Positions 1 through 10,779 of a stretch of DNA of 64,000 bases are shown piece by piece. The DNA comes from an uncultured Burkholderiales bacterium (GTDB lineage: Bacteria > Pseudomonadota > Gammaproteobacteria > Burkholderiales > Burkholderiaceae_C): assembly GCA_937927685.1 (NCBI GenBank), contig CALBSC010000038.1:32175-96174 (forward strand), given 5' to 3'. Below the pieces are notes generated by a model that ran no database searches, was not told where the DNA came from, and saw nothing but the letters and a program-made list of their open reading frames with translations. Numbering within the stretch: the stretch's first letter is position 1; every line of letters starts with the position of its first letter. Made by a program: the position numbers and the translations under genes.

Positions 1-2
1 CT

Positions 3-1241
3 GCTTCGGCCGACGCCAACGCCCTGGCCGATGGCCTGCCGCTGACCCCGTTGCAAAAGAAACTCATCAGCCTGGTGGACGAGGTGGGGGTGCAATGGGC
101 CGAGCGCGCGTTTACCCACGACCGCGAGGCCAGCTTTCCGCAAGAAAACTTCAACGACCTGCACCGCATGGGGTTCTTCGGACTGTGCGTGCCCGAGCGG
201 CTGGGCGGCATCGGCGCCGATTACCGCACCTACATGCTGGTGGCCACACGTATCGGCTACTACTGCGGCACCACCGCCAACACCTTCAACATGCACAACG
301 CCAATGCCTTGTGGACATCGGGCATGGTGGATGCGCTGGACATGACGCCCGAGCAACGTGAGCAACACGAACACAACCGCTCGCTGCACTACGCCCGCAT
401 GCTGGCGGGCTCGATTTACGCGCAACCATTTTCAGAAGGCAGCGGTGCCGCAGCCGGACGTCATCCGTTTGGCACCTCTGCGGTTCGTCGTGATGGCGGA
501 TGGGTGCTCAATGGCAAGAAAATATTTGCCTCCCTCTCGGGTTCAGCGCATTACTACGGCGTGCTGTGCACCGAGGACGTGCCCAACCCCAGCATGGCCC
601 ACACGATGTTCATGGCCATTCCGGCCGATGCCCCGGGGTTGAGCATTATGGGCGACTGGGACCCGCTGGGCATGCGGGGCACGGTATCGCGCACCCTGCT
701 GCTGAACGACGTGCACCTGAGCGACGAGTCTGCACTCATGCCACGCGGGGTGTACGCCCAGGCCGCCAGCCGCTACCCCCACATGTTCATGACCCTCACC
801 CCCACGTACATGGGGGTGGCGCAGGCCGCCTATGACTTTGCCGTGGCCTATTTGCGTGCCGACATGCCGGGCGTGAACGTCAAGCGTCGCATGTATCCCA
901 CCAAGCAGATCGCCATTGCCGAGATGTACATCAAGCTGCAACAGGCCTGGTCCCTGTTTCATCGCACCACCTCCGAGTTCAAGCTGGACCCGTCACGCAG
1001 CGAGCGCATGCGCGCCCTGGCCTGTCAGTTCACGGTGATGGAGTATTGCGCCGAGATTTGTTCCGCGGCCGTGAAGGTGTGTGGCGGACAGGCCATGCTC
1101 AAGACCTTTGCCCTCGAGCGGATGTTCCGCGACAGCCGCTGTGGTGCCTTGATGTTGCCCTGGACAGCCGAGATCTGTCTGGACCGTCTGGGCAAGGGTC
1201 TGCTCTACAACGAGGGGGAACCCCGCGACGACGCGGTCTGA
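3..1241 (+). CDS. Acyl-CoA dehydrogenase family flavoprotein (5'-partial; frame is open from the window edge)
   Basis: ACAD motifs: DREASFP, LCVPERLGGIG, QPFSEGS, WVLNGKKIFASL, WDPLGMRGTVS, LERMFRDSR. The frame is open upstream of the ORF-track TTG at 51. Confidence 0.85.
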   Translation, partial: ASADANALADGLPLTPLQKKLISLVDEVGVQWAERAFTHDREASFPQENFNDLHRMGFFGLCVPERLGGIGADYRTYMLVATRIGYYCGTTANTFNMHNANALWTSGMVDALDMTPEQREQHEHNRSLHYARMLAGSIYAQPFSEGSGAAAGRHPFGTSAVRRDGGWVLNGKKIFASLSGSAHYYGVLCTEDVPNPSMAHTMFMAIPADAPGLSIMGDWDPLGMRGTVSRTLLLNDVHLSDESALMPRGVYAQAASRYPHMFMTLTPTYMGVAQAAYDFAVAYLRADMPGVNVKRRMYPTKQIAIAEMYIKLQQAWSLFHRTTSEFKLDPSRSERMRALACQFTVMEYCAEICSAAVKVCGGQAMLKTFALERMFRDSRCGALMLPWTAEICLDRLGKGLLYNEGEPRDDAV

Positions 1242-1285
1242 ACGCGGTCTGAACGCGGTCTGAACGCGGCCTGAACGCCAGCTGA
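1231..1285 (+). repeat. Tandem 11-bp repeat ACGCGGTCTGA x5 (3 perfect, 2 degenerate) spanning the stop codon
   Basis: Perfect copies at 1231-1241, 1242-1252 and 1253-1263; 1264-1274 is acgcggcctga; 1275-1285 is acgccagctga. Confidence 0.9.
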
Positions 1286-1316
1286 ATGCGACGGGTCCAG
1301 GCACTCGCCACAGCCC

Positions 1317-1919
1317 TCAGGACTCGGCGAGTCGCTCCAAGCCACCGATGAACTGGTTCGCAATCAGGTCCACCAACTGCTCGGGGGACATGCCGCCTTG
1401 CGGCTTGTACCAGACCGGGATCCAGTTCAGCATGCCAAAGAGCAGCATGGTCAGCACGCGATCCGATTTTGCCCCCCAGCGCTGATCGGGACACAACTGC
1501 ACAATGGCCGTGCGCGCGTGGCTGATCAAGCGTTCCTGCAGACCCGCGATGGACGCCTGGGCAGCCGCGTCCAGGTGATGCGACTGGGTGTTGAGAATAT
1601 GGATCTCGTGCGGCGACGTCACGTAGTCCTGGACCAGCGTGGCAATGAGCGCCTGCAGTTGCGGTCTGGGCCCTTGCACGCTGGCCACCGCCTGGTCCAC
1701 CTTGTCGGACAGATCCTGGATTTTCCAGGTCAGCAGGCTGTGCAAGAGGGCGTGCTTGGAGGCGTGGTAGTGGTAGAGCGATGAACGCTTGATGCTGCAA
1801 TGGCGGGCGATGTCGTCCAGCAGGGTTTCGTTGTAGCCGTGGGCGGCAAACAACTCGGCCGCCGATCGCAATATCAGTTGCTGCCGCTGGGCAAAATCGG
1901 GGGACTTGGGCCTTGCCAT
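1317..1919 (-). CDS. TetR/AcrR family transcriptional regulator (KstR2/PaaR-like C-terminus)
   Basis: N-terminal HTH ILRSAAELFAAHGY...LDDIA...SSLYHYHASK; C-terminal LFGMLNWIPVWYKPQG. Start set at the ATG of MARPK. Confidence 0.9.
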   Translation of the reverse strand: MARPKSPDFAQRQQLILRSAAELFAAHGYNETLLDDIARHCSIKRSSLYHYHASKHALLHSLLTWKIQDLSDKVDQAVASVQGPRPQLQALIATLVQDYVTSPHEIHILNTQSHHLDAAAQASIAGLQERLISHARTAIVQLCPDQRWGAKSDRVLTMLLFGMLNWIPVWYKPQGGMSPEQLVDLIANQFIGGLERLAES

Positions 1920-1940
1920 GCGGTCATTGTCTGACAAATC

Positions 1941-2420
1941 CTACTCGTTGATCATGGATGCCGTGGCACTGAGCACCAGCGGCTGCGTCACGGCGCTCAT
2001 CATGCTGCCCAAGCCCAGACCCGTGTAGGTGTAGTCCACTTGCACCTTGAGCGGATTGGGAAACACCGCCGGTGACGACTGCGTGACCGTCACCACCGGC
2101 GTCGCGGTGGCTCCAAAGGTGATGAGACTGCCATTGGTGTAATTGAGCACCACCTGCTGGATGTCGGCCGTTGTCAGCTTGGGGTTGCGCAGCACAATGC
2201 CGGCACGAGCCCCTTCACGGCTGGCATTGACCAGCACCGCCTGGTCGTACAGGGCCACACTGAGCTCGACCAGACCGAACACCAGCAGCAAAAACACGGG
2301 CAACACCAACGCCAACTCCACGCTGGTGGTACCTCGCTCGGAACCCCGGATCCGGGCTCGGCGCGTTGGGGATGGCTGGCCAGCATCAGGCTGTGTGCCA
2401 TTGGGCGACTCCATGCTCAT
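1941..2420 (-). CDS. tadE: TadE/TadG-family pseudopilin
   Basis: Prepilin motif ERG-TTSVELALVLP, a hydrophobic helix and NASREGARAGIV. Divergent from flp. Start trimmed from the ORF track. Confidence 0.85.
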   Translation of the reverse strand: MSMESPNGTQPDAGQPSPTRRARIRGSERGTTSVELALVLPVFLLLVFGLVELSVALYDQAVLVNASREGARAGIVLRNPKLTTADIQQVVLNYTNGSLITFGATATPVVTVTQSSPAVFPNPLKVQVDYTYTGLGLGSMMSAVTQPLVLSATASMINE

Positions 2421-2685
2421 GTCAATGCTCTCGGTGGATATGGCACCGGGCACTTTAAGGGGCATGACCGGCTGCACACCGTTCGCAGAAGCACACAGCC
2501 CTTCAAGAGGGATGAGGGGCCATCCAATGTGCGCAGCCGGACGGTCTGCCATGGCCTCTCGCTTTAAGGTCGCTCCCGTGCTTGTGCAGCTCGCGCTGAA
2601 CAGGCATGGCGGTTGTTGCCGCAATACGGCCTCAGGGTTGTTTGCGCAACAGCCACACACCATCAACTCTCTCAAGAGGTAATTC

Positions 2686-2877
2686 ATGACTGCAACTTTG
2701 ATTCACTCCCTTCGTCGCTTCTGGAACGACGAATCCGGCGTCTCCGCCATCGAATACGGCCTGCTCGCAGCGCTGGTGGCCCTGGCCATCGTGACGGGCG
2801 CTGGCGCACTGGGCACTGACTTGAACACGATCTTCACGTCGATTGGAACCAAGTTGCTGACCTACAAGCCGGCATGA
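2686..2877 (+). CDS. flp: Flp family type IVb pilin
   Basis: 63 aa with the Flp motif DESG-VSAIEYGLLAALVALAI; RBS GAGG at 2676-2679. Confidence 0.95.
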   Translation: MTATLIHSLRRFWNDESGVSAIEYGLLAALVALAIVTGAGALGTDLNTIFTSIGTKLLTYKPA

Positions 2878-2901
2878 TCCGCCGCAAGACCGGACGTGTG
2901 G

Positions 2902-3357
2902 ATGACTGCCTTGTCTGCTTTGAACTGGGATGCGCTGGGCATCACGGCCTTGGGCCTGATGCTGCTGGGTGCAACCTGGTTCGATGTGAGGACCCGACGC
3001 ATTCCCAACCCCATCGTGGGATTGGGCGCACTGGCCAGCCTGGCATGGACGCTCAGTCCAGCCGGACCTGGCCTGTGGATGTCCTTGCTGGGTGGTGGGG
3101 TGGCTTTTCTCACGTTCCTGGTTTTGCACGGATTGGGCTGGATGGGCGCTGGCGATGTCAAGCTCGCCGGCGCCACCGGTCTGTACTTCGGTCCATCAAG
3201 CGCACTCAACCTTTGCCTGACGATTTTCATCGCGGGTGGCGTGGTGGCATTGATGTGGCGATTCAAATCCCGCGCCTCCCATCCCCTGCCTGTCCCTTAC
3301 GGGGTGGCCATTGCATTGGGCACGTCGTGGCAAGTCTGGCGTCAAGCCGGTTTATGA
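2902..3357 (+). CDS. cpaA: Prepilin peptidase CpaA/TadV (peptidase A24)
   Basis: FDVRTRRIPN, MGAGDVKL and VPYGVAIA motifs; multiple TM segments; follows flp. Confidence 0.92.
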   Translation: MTALSALNWDALGITALGLMLLGATWFDVRTRRIPNPIVGLGALASLAWTLSPAGPGLWMSLLGGGVAFLTFLVLHGLGWMGAGDVKLAGATGLYFGPSSALNLCLTIFIAGGVVALMWRFKSRASHPLPVPYGVAIALGTSWQVWRQAGL

Positions 3358-3373
3358 ACGGGAAATCATCTGG

Positions 3374-4198
3374 ATGAACAAATACCGATCGCTCATGGCG
3401 TTGCTGGTGTCCCTGCTGCTCGGGCTGGGTGCCGTGGGCTTGCTCTCGCGGTGGATGCAACAGCAAGTGGCCGCAGGCAGCCTGGAGGTGGTGGTGGCCG
3501 CACAGGACATTCCCATCGGCACACGACTGCAGGCGTCCATGCTCAAGACGGTGCGCTGGCCAGGTTCCACGCCCTTGCGGGATGCCCTCACCTCGGTGGA
3601 GGCGGCCGAGGGACGCGTGGTCAACGTGGGCATTTTCCAGGACGAACCCCTGCTGGCCATCAAGCTGGCCCCGACGGGCGAAAAAGGTGGCCTGTCCGCA
3701 CAACTGGGCGACGGCCAGCGCGCCGTCACCGTCAAGGTCAATGAGGTGATCGGCGTCGCCGGGTTTGCCTTGCCCGGCAACTACGTGGACGTGATGGTCA
3801 ACGCCACCGACCAGGACAACCACCCGGTCTCCAAGATTGTGCTGGAACGCATCCAGGTGCTGGCCGTGGCACAGGACGTGGCCACGCCCGAGGGCAAGCC
3901 CAAGGTGGTCAATGCGGTCACCCTGGAAGTGACGCCCGCACAAGCCGAAACCATCGACCTGGCGCGCAGCATTGGCACGCTCTCCCTGGTGCTGCGCAAT
4001 CAGCGCGACCCTGCGGGCATCCACACCACCGGCGCTCGAAAGAACGACTTGTGGCGCACTGCGCTCACCCCGAATTCGCCAAGTGGCCGACCAGACGTTC
4101 CGTCCCGCACGCCGCGCGCCCCCAATTCAACCCCTTCGGCAACGCCTGCCCCTGCATTCGCCCCCGTGATCCGCGGTCTTGCCGTATCAGCGCAATAA
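3374..4198 (+). CDS. cpaB: Flp pilus assembly protein CpaB/RcpC
   Basis: SAF domain VVVAAQDIPIG; RAVTVKVNEVIGVAGFALPGNYVDV; AVTLEVTP. Confidence 0.93.
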   Translation: MNKYRSLMALLVSLLLGLGAVGLLSRWMQQQVAAGSLEVVVAAQDIPIGTRLQASMLKTVRWPGSTPLRDALTSVEAAEGRVVNVGIFQDEPLLAIKLAPTGEKGGLSAQLGDGQRAVTVKVNEVIGVAGFALPGNYVDVMVNATDQDNHPVSKIVLERIQVLAVAQDVATPEGKPKVVNAVTLEVTPAQAETIDLARSIGTLSLVLRNQRDPAGIHTTGARKNDLWRTALTPNSPSGRPDVPSRTPRAPNSTPSATPAPAFAPVIRGLAVSAQ

Positions 4199-4227
4199 CC
4201 CGGTTGTTTTCTCCGAGAAAGACAGAC

Positions 4228-5787
4228 ATGCCCTTGTCAACCTCCCGCACGTTCATCCTGACGCTCGCCCTGACGTGCGCCCGCGCCCTCTCCCGTCTGC
4301 GGCCCAGTGCCCGCACCCGGACATTCCCCAGAACCTCCGCAGACAGACCTCACAACACCGCATCACCGGCTCCCCATGGCCCAGCAGCCTGGGCGACCCG
4401 ATCCTGGGGCCTTTCACCCACCTTGCTCCTGCCGCTGGCCCTGTTGATCAGCGATGCCGGCCATGCGCAGGACGTGCAACTCAGTGCCACCAAGGCGCCC
4501 GCACCCCTGCCCCACGCAGTCCGCGCAACGGCTTCCACACCCGACAGCGAGATCATCACCGCACCCGGCGTACAGCTCACGCTGGGCAAGTCGCAGGTGC
4601 TCGCCCTGTCCGAAACCGCCACCCGCCTCTCCATTGGCAACCCCGAGGTAGCCGATGTGCTGCTGATCAACCCGCGTGAGGTGTACCTCCTGGGCAAAAA
4701 ACCGGGCACCACCAATCTGTTTGTCTGGACGGCCCACGGCAAGACCACCCTTCGCGACGTCGAGGTGCAGGTGGATGTGGAGAACCTGCACCAGCGCCTG
4801 CGCCATCTGGTGCCCGATGCCGAGGCGGTGCAGGTCCAGGCCCTGGCCGACCATGTGGTGCTGAGCGGTCAGGTCGGCGACGCCTTGAAAGCCCAGCGGC
4901 TGGTGCAACTGAGCGAGGCCTTCAACGGGGGCCGCAAGGTGGTCAACCTGCTGCGCGTGATGGGGGGGCAGCAAGTGATGCTTGAAGTCAAGGTGGCCGA
5001 GGTCTCCAAGACCCTGCTCGAGCAGTTGGGCGTGAACATGGACGTGACGCGCACAGCGGGTGGCACGTCGATTCAGTTGCTGTCTCAATTGCTGTTACCG
5101 GGATCGAGTTCGCTGAACTTCACACGACCGGACGGACGCACCAACGTCACCGTCACCGCCGACATGAAACGCGGTCTGGTCAAGGTACTGGCCGAACCCA
5201 CCATCACCGCCATCAGCGGCCAGGAGGGTTCGTTTCTGGCAGGCGGCAAGATTTTCATTCCGGTGCCACAAAGCAGCACCTCGGGCGGCACGGTGATCAC
5301 GCTGGAAGAAAAGGAGTTCGGTGTCGGCTTGCGGTTTTTCCCCACCGTGCTGGAGGACGGCGTGATCAACCTGCGCGTCACCCCGGAAGTGTCGGAACTC
5401 TCCCAGGTGGGCACCACGATCACCGGCCTCACCGGGCAAACCAGTCTGCTGCCCTCCATCACCACGCGACGTGCGTCCACCACGGTGCAGTTGCGCGACG
5501 GCGAAAGCTTTGCCATCGGGGGACTGATCAAGAGCAATGTCTCGCAAACCGTGAAATCCGTGCCCCTGCTGGGCGATATCCCCATCCTCGGCCCCCTGTT
5601 CCGAAGCACCGCCTTCCAAACCGAGAAATCCGAATTGCTGTTCGTGGTCACGCCACGCTTGGCCAAACCCATGAACACCGTGCAAGCCCTGCCTACCGAC
5701 GCCTACAAACCCCCTTCGCGCATCGAGCGCGTGATGGAGGGCCGTCTGGAATCCCGCGACACCCCCACACCGGGAGAATCCCAATGA
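4228..5787 (+). CDS. cpaC: Tad secretin CpaC/RcpA
   Basis: IGNPEVADV, QQVMLEVKVAEVS, LAEPTITAISGQEGSFLAGG, VQLRDGESFAIGGLI, VPLLGDIPILGPLFRS. Confidence 0.93.
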   Translation: MPLSTSRTFILTLALTCARALSRLRPSARTRTFPRTSADRPHNTASPAPHGPAAWATRSWGLSPTLLLPLALLISDAGHAQDVQLSATKAPAPLPHAVRATASTPDSEIITAPGVQLTLGKSQVLALSETATRLSIGNPEVADVLLINPREVYLLGKKPGTTNLFVWTAHGKTTLRDVEVQVDVENLHQRLRHLVPDAEAVQVQALADHVVLSGQVGDALKAQRLVQLSEAFNGGRKVVNLLRVMGGQQVMLEVKVAEVSKTLLEQLGVNMDVTRTAGGTSIQLLSQLLLPGSSSLNFTRPDGRTNVTVTADMKRGLVKVLAEPTITAISGQEGSFLAGGKIFIPVPQSSTSGGTVITLEEKEFGVGLRFFPTVLEDGVINLRVTPEVSELSQVGTTITGLTGQTSLLPSITTRRASTTVQLRDGESFAIGGLIKSNVSQTVKSVPLLGDIPILGPLFRSTAFQTEKSELLFVVTPRLAKPMNTVQALPTDAYKPPSRIERVMEGRLESRDTPTPGESQ

Positions 5788-6110
5788 CTGCTGCACACCA
5801 CCTGCCCCGCTCGCGCTTCATCCTGCTGACCCGCCTGGCCCTGTGCACGGGCGTGAGCCTGGTGCTGGGCTGCGCCGAGCAACCCACCGCCGTCGACCGG
5901 GACTTTGGCAAATCCGTTCAACGCGCGCAGGACGCGCAAGCCATGTACCCCCGCGACGTCCCTCCAGCCTACCCGCCCCTGGTCTCCGACGCCGTGAGCG
6001 GCAAAGCCGCCATCGAGCGGTATTACAAGAGTTATGAGTCCCCTCCGCCACCGGGCAATGTGCTCAACATTGGCGTGGGCACCCCCCTCATGGCACCGGC
6101 TGCCAAGTGA
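5784..6110 (+). CDS. Small lipoprotein of the Tad locus (putative pilotin/assembly factor)
   Basis: Lipobox-like LVLGC; its ATGA overlaps the secretin stop; position within the operon. Confidence 0.7.
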   Translation: MTAAHHLPRSRFILLTRLALCTGVSLVLGCAEQPTAVDRDFGKSVQRAQDAQAMYPRDVPPAYPPLVSDAVSGKAAIERYYKSYESPPPPGNVLNIGVGTPLMAPAAK

Positions 6111-6118
6111 GAGGCCCC

Positions 6119-7318
6119 ATGCGAATGGAATTGCTGGCCTCCACACAGGCCCGATGTGACGAATTGGTGTCGATGATCGGCCCGCTGGAGGGCATGACGC
6201 TGAGCACCCAGGTGCGCGAACACCACCCGGACAGCTTGCGCGAGGTGCGGGCGGAGTCCCTGGACATCCTGATTCTGGACAGCCCCGTGCCGTCCACTGC
6301 GCCAGAGCGGGACCGGGACCTCGCCTGGCTGGGTCAATGTGTCACCCGCCACCCGCTGCTGGGGGTGCTGTGGCTGACGCCTGAGATGGATCCGGCCTTC
6401 TTGCTGCAAGCCATGCGCAGCGGGGTACGCGAGGTGCTGCCCCTGCATCCCGACCCGGCCGAGTTCGGCCAGGCCTTGAATCGACTGCGCCGACACGCCC
6501 AATCCTTCGCCCCATCGGGCCGGGAGGACCCTGCCGAGACCTCTCGCCCTGGGCGGATGGTGGCCTTTGTGCCGACCAAGGGGGGCAGTGGCGCCACCTT
6601 CATGGTCACCAACATTGCCCACCTGCTCGCCCAGGAGATGGCGTGCGATACCGTGCTGATCGATCTGGATTTGCACGGTGCCGATGCCTCGTATTACCTG
6701 TCCAGTGACGAGCACCGCAACAGCCTGCTTGACCTGACCCGCCACACCGACCGGCTCGATGCCCATTTGCTGCACAGCAGCCTGCATTCGGTCATCCCCC
6801 ATCTGTATCTGTTGGCGGCCCCGAATGTCAATGAACTGACCTCCCCGCTGACGGCCCCTCAACTCGAGCAGGTCCTGCAACTGGCGCGTCGGCAATATGG
6901 GATGGTGCTGCTGGACATGCCCGACACCCTGGATGCGGTCACCGTGAAGGCCCTGGATCTGGCGGATGAGGTGGTGCTGGTCATGGGCAATACCGTGGCC
7001 CATGTCCGCAACGCCAAGCGCTGGCTGGTGATGCTGCGTTCGCTGGGGTATGCCGACGCCAAATTACGGGTGGTCCTCAACAAGACGCATGCCGGCAGCG
7101 AGGTGGACACCGCGCTGATTGAAGGCGCTCTGGGGATTGCCGTGTCCCACATCCTGCCCCACGACCCGGCACCGGCCTTGCAGGCCATCAACCAGGGGCT
7201 GCCCCTGATGAGCCTCAACGGCCACGGCCCACTGGTGCAGGCACTGCGCGAGTTCATCGCGCAAGCCTGGCATTTGAGTGCCCCCAAGCGCAAGGGCTGG
7301 CTGGAACGCTGGTTCTGA
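6119..7318 (+). CDS. cpaE: CpaE/TadZ pilus localisation ATPase (degenerate receiver domain plus MinD-like domain)
   Basis: QAMRSGVREVL, deviant Walker A TKGGSGAT, LIDLDL, LLAAP, AINQGLP. Confidence 0.9.
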   Translation: MRMELLASTQARCDELVSMIGPLEGMTLSTQVREHHPDSLREVRAESLDILILDSPVPSTAPERDRDLAWLGQCVTRHPLLGVLWLTPEMDPAFLLQAMRSGVREVLPLHPDPAEFGQALNRLRRHAQSFAPSGREDPAETSRPGRMVAFVPTKGGSGATFMVTNIAHLLAQEMACDTVLIDLDLHGADASYYLSSDEHRNSLLDLTRHTDRLDAHLLHSSLHSVIPHLYLLAAPNVNELTSPLTAPQLEQVLQLARRQYGMVLLDMPDTLDAVTVKALDLADEVVLVMGNTVAHVRNAKRWLVMLRSLGYADAKLRVVLNKTHAGSEVDTALIEGALGIAVSHILPHDPAPALQAINQGLPLMSLNGHGPLVQALREFIAQAWHLSAPKRKGWLERWF

Positions 7319-7353
7319 ATCGAGCAACTGACTGATCTAGAAAGTCTGAGACT

Positions 7354-8723
<1,370 letters not shown>

Positions 8724-8727
<4 letters not shown>

Positions 8728-9701
8728 TGGACTTGATGGGATGGAGCCTGTTTCTCCTGGCGGCCGTCAGCGCGTCAGGGATTGTGTATTCGGTGTGGTG
8801 GCTGGGCGCTGACCTGCTGCACCCCAAAGGGCGCGACGTGGCGCAACGCCTCGCAGATTTGCAAGCCGCCCCCCTGCCAACGGTGGACTGGCAGTTGCTC
8901 AAACACCGGCCGCTGAGCCGGGTGGCCTGGTTGAATGAGTTTTTGCGGGATTGGCCGCCGGCGGGTCAACTTGACCGGTTGCTGCAGCAGACCGGTTGGC
9001 GCCTCGGTGTGGAGCACGTGCTGGCCGGCATGCTGACCTCGGGGCTGATCATCTTGCTGCTGGTGCTGCTCCCGGGCTTGCCCTGGACCTGGGCGCCCGC
9101 GTTGACCCTGACCTGCTGGCTGATGGGCTGGGTCGTGCTTCGGTGGCGCGTCAAACGGCGTCAGCGTGCCATCGAGGCGCAGTTGCCGGATGCGTTGGAC
9201 CTGATTGCACGGGCCATGCAGGCCGGGCATGCACTCAGCAGCGCCATCCTGATGGCGGCCAACGAGGGTCCACAGCCCCTGGCCGACCGATGGCGCAGCA
9301 TCTTTGACGAAATCAATTTCGGCATCCCCACACGCCTGGCCATCGAAGATTTTTCCGAGCAGGTAGACAGCGAGTACGTGCGGCTGTTTGTGGTGTCGAC
9401 GATGATTCAGATGGAAACCGGCGGCAACATGGCGGAGATTTTGCACAACACCGCGAACCTGATCCGGGAGCGCCAGCAACTGCAGGCCTCGGTCAAGGTG
9501 CTGTCGGCCGAGGGCCGCGTGTCCGCCGTGATTCTGTCTACCCTGCCATTTGCACTGGGCGCGTTGCTCACCCTGATCAACCCGGGTTTTGTGGCCGTGT
9601 TGTGGACCGACCCGCTGGGGCTGAAGTTGCTGCTGATCGCCATGTCGCTGATGCTCCTGGGCGTGGTCTGGATGTGGCGCATGATCGACATTGCGGTGTG
9701 A
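8724..9701 (+). CDS. tadB: TadB inner-membrane platform protein (T2SS F family)
   Basis: QLPDALDLIARAMQAGHAL, ETGGNMAEIL, VLSAEGRVSA; TM helices. Confidence 0.92.
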
Positions 9702-9719
9702 CGCCGCCAGGAAAACGCC

Positions 9720-10715
9720 ATGCCTATCCATCTGTTGACCGGGTTGTTGTTTGTGGTGATCGTGCTGGCCAGCTACGCGTTCCTGATGACGTGGTGGCCA
9801 CAGCGCGCCCACCGGCGTCTGCGTGACTTGTTCCAACCGACACCGTCGCGCGGGCCACCCCGACCACAGCCCCCTGTCACCTCGTCCTGGGTGCGCTGGA
9901 CTCGCCGACTCACCGAGGTCCTGATGCGACTGAGCCCCTGGCTTGTGCGTGAGCCCCAGGCGTCTGGCGCCGACCCTGCCGGCAACCCATCCACCACGGC
10001 CCAGGCGTTGAGGTTGCAACTGCTCAATGCCGGCATTGCTTCGCCCCAGGCGGTGGTGGTGGTGCAGGTCATACAAGTGCTGTTGGCATTGCTGCTGCCG
10101 TTGTGCGGCCTGCTGCTGTGGTGGTGGCACCCGCCCAACCTGCAACGGGCCAGCATGCTGATCGTGCTGGTACTGGCGGGCATGGTCGGTTATTACCTGC
10201 CGGTGGCGGTGCTGCACCGGCGCATCCGCCAGCGTCAGGCGGTCTTGTTCCGGGGCTTTCCAGACGCGCTGGATTTGATGCGCATGTGTATCCAGGCCGG
10301 GCTGGGGTTGGATGCAACGCTGGAGCGGGTGGGACGGGAAATCCGCCTGTCCTGTCCGCCCCTCTCCCAGGAGCTGGCCATGACCGGCTACGAATTGCGC
10401 GCGGGGGCGTCACGGGCACAGGCTTTGCGCCATCTGGCCGAACGCGTGGGCCTCGTGGATGTGGAGGCCTGGGTCAACACGCTGATCCAGTCCGACCGCT
10501 TTGGCACCAGCATTTCGGAATCGCTGCAGGTGTATGCGCTGGCCTTGCGCAACAAACGCAAGCTGGCGGCACAGGAAGCCGCCGCCAAGCTGCCGATCAA
10601 ACTGCTGATACCGCTGGTGTTTTGTCTGTTTCCGGGATTGCTGACGGTGCTGCTGGGGCCCGCCGTGATCAACATCATGACGCACCTCATGCCGGTGCTG
10701 TCAGGCGCACACTGA
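9720..10715 (+). CDS. tadC: TadC inner-membrane platform protein
   Basis: FPDALDLMRMCIQAGLGLD, LIQSDRFGTSI, AAKLPIKLLIPLVFCLFP. Confidence 0.92.
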   Translation: MPIHLLTGLLFVVIVLASYAFLMTWWPQRAHRRLRDLFQPTPSRGPPRPQPPVTSSWVRWTRRLTEVLMRLSPWLVREPQASGADPAGNPSTTAQALRLQLLNAGIASPQAVVVVQVIQVLLALLLPLCGLLLWWWHPPNLQRASMLIVLVLAGMVGYYLPVAVLHRRIRQRQAVLFRGFPDALDLMRMCIQAGLGLDATLERVGREIRLSCPPLSQELAMTGYELRAGASRAQALRHLAERVGLVDVEAWVNTLIQSDRFGTSISESLQVYALALRNKRKLAAQEAAAKLPIKLLIPLVFCLFPGLLTVLLGPAVINIMTHLMPVLSGAH

Positions 10716-10750
10716 CTCGGCCGTCAGACGCCGGGCCTGTCCGGACGGTC

Positions 10751-10779
10751 AGCGGCAACGCCCTGAGGCGCTGCCCGCT
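10751..10779. terminator. GC-rich hairpin between convergent tadC and infA
   Basis: Imperfect stem AGCGGCAACGCC-CTGA-GGCGCTGCCCGCT; no clear U-tract. Confidence 0.35.

Noticed and set aside
1231-1285. Possible CRISPR array
   Set aside because: Repeats are 11 bp with no spacers, and there are no cas genes.
2440-2686. c-di-GMP-I riboswitch upstream of flp
   Set aside because: The conserved GCAAA/GNRA core elements were not found; kept only as an unassigned structured leader.
8775-10217. 480-aa minus-strand ORF
   Set aside because: Antisense shadow of tadB/tadC in GC-rich DNA; no recognisable motifs.
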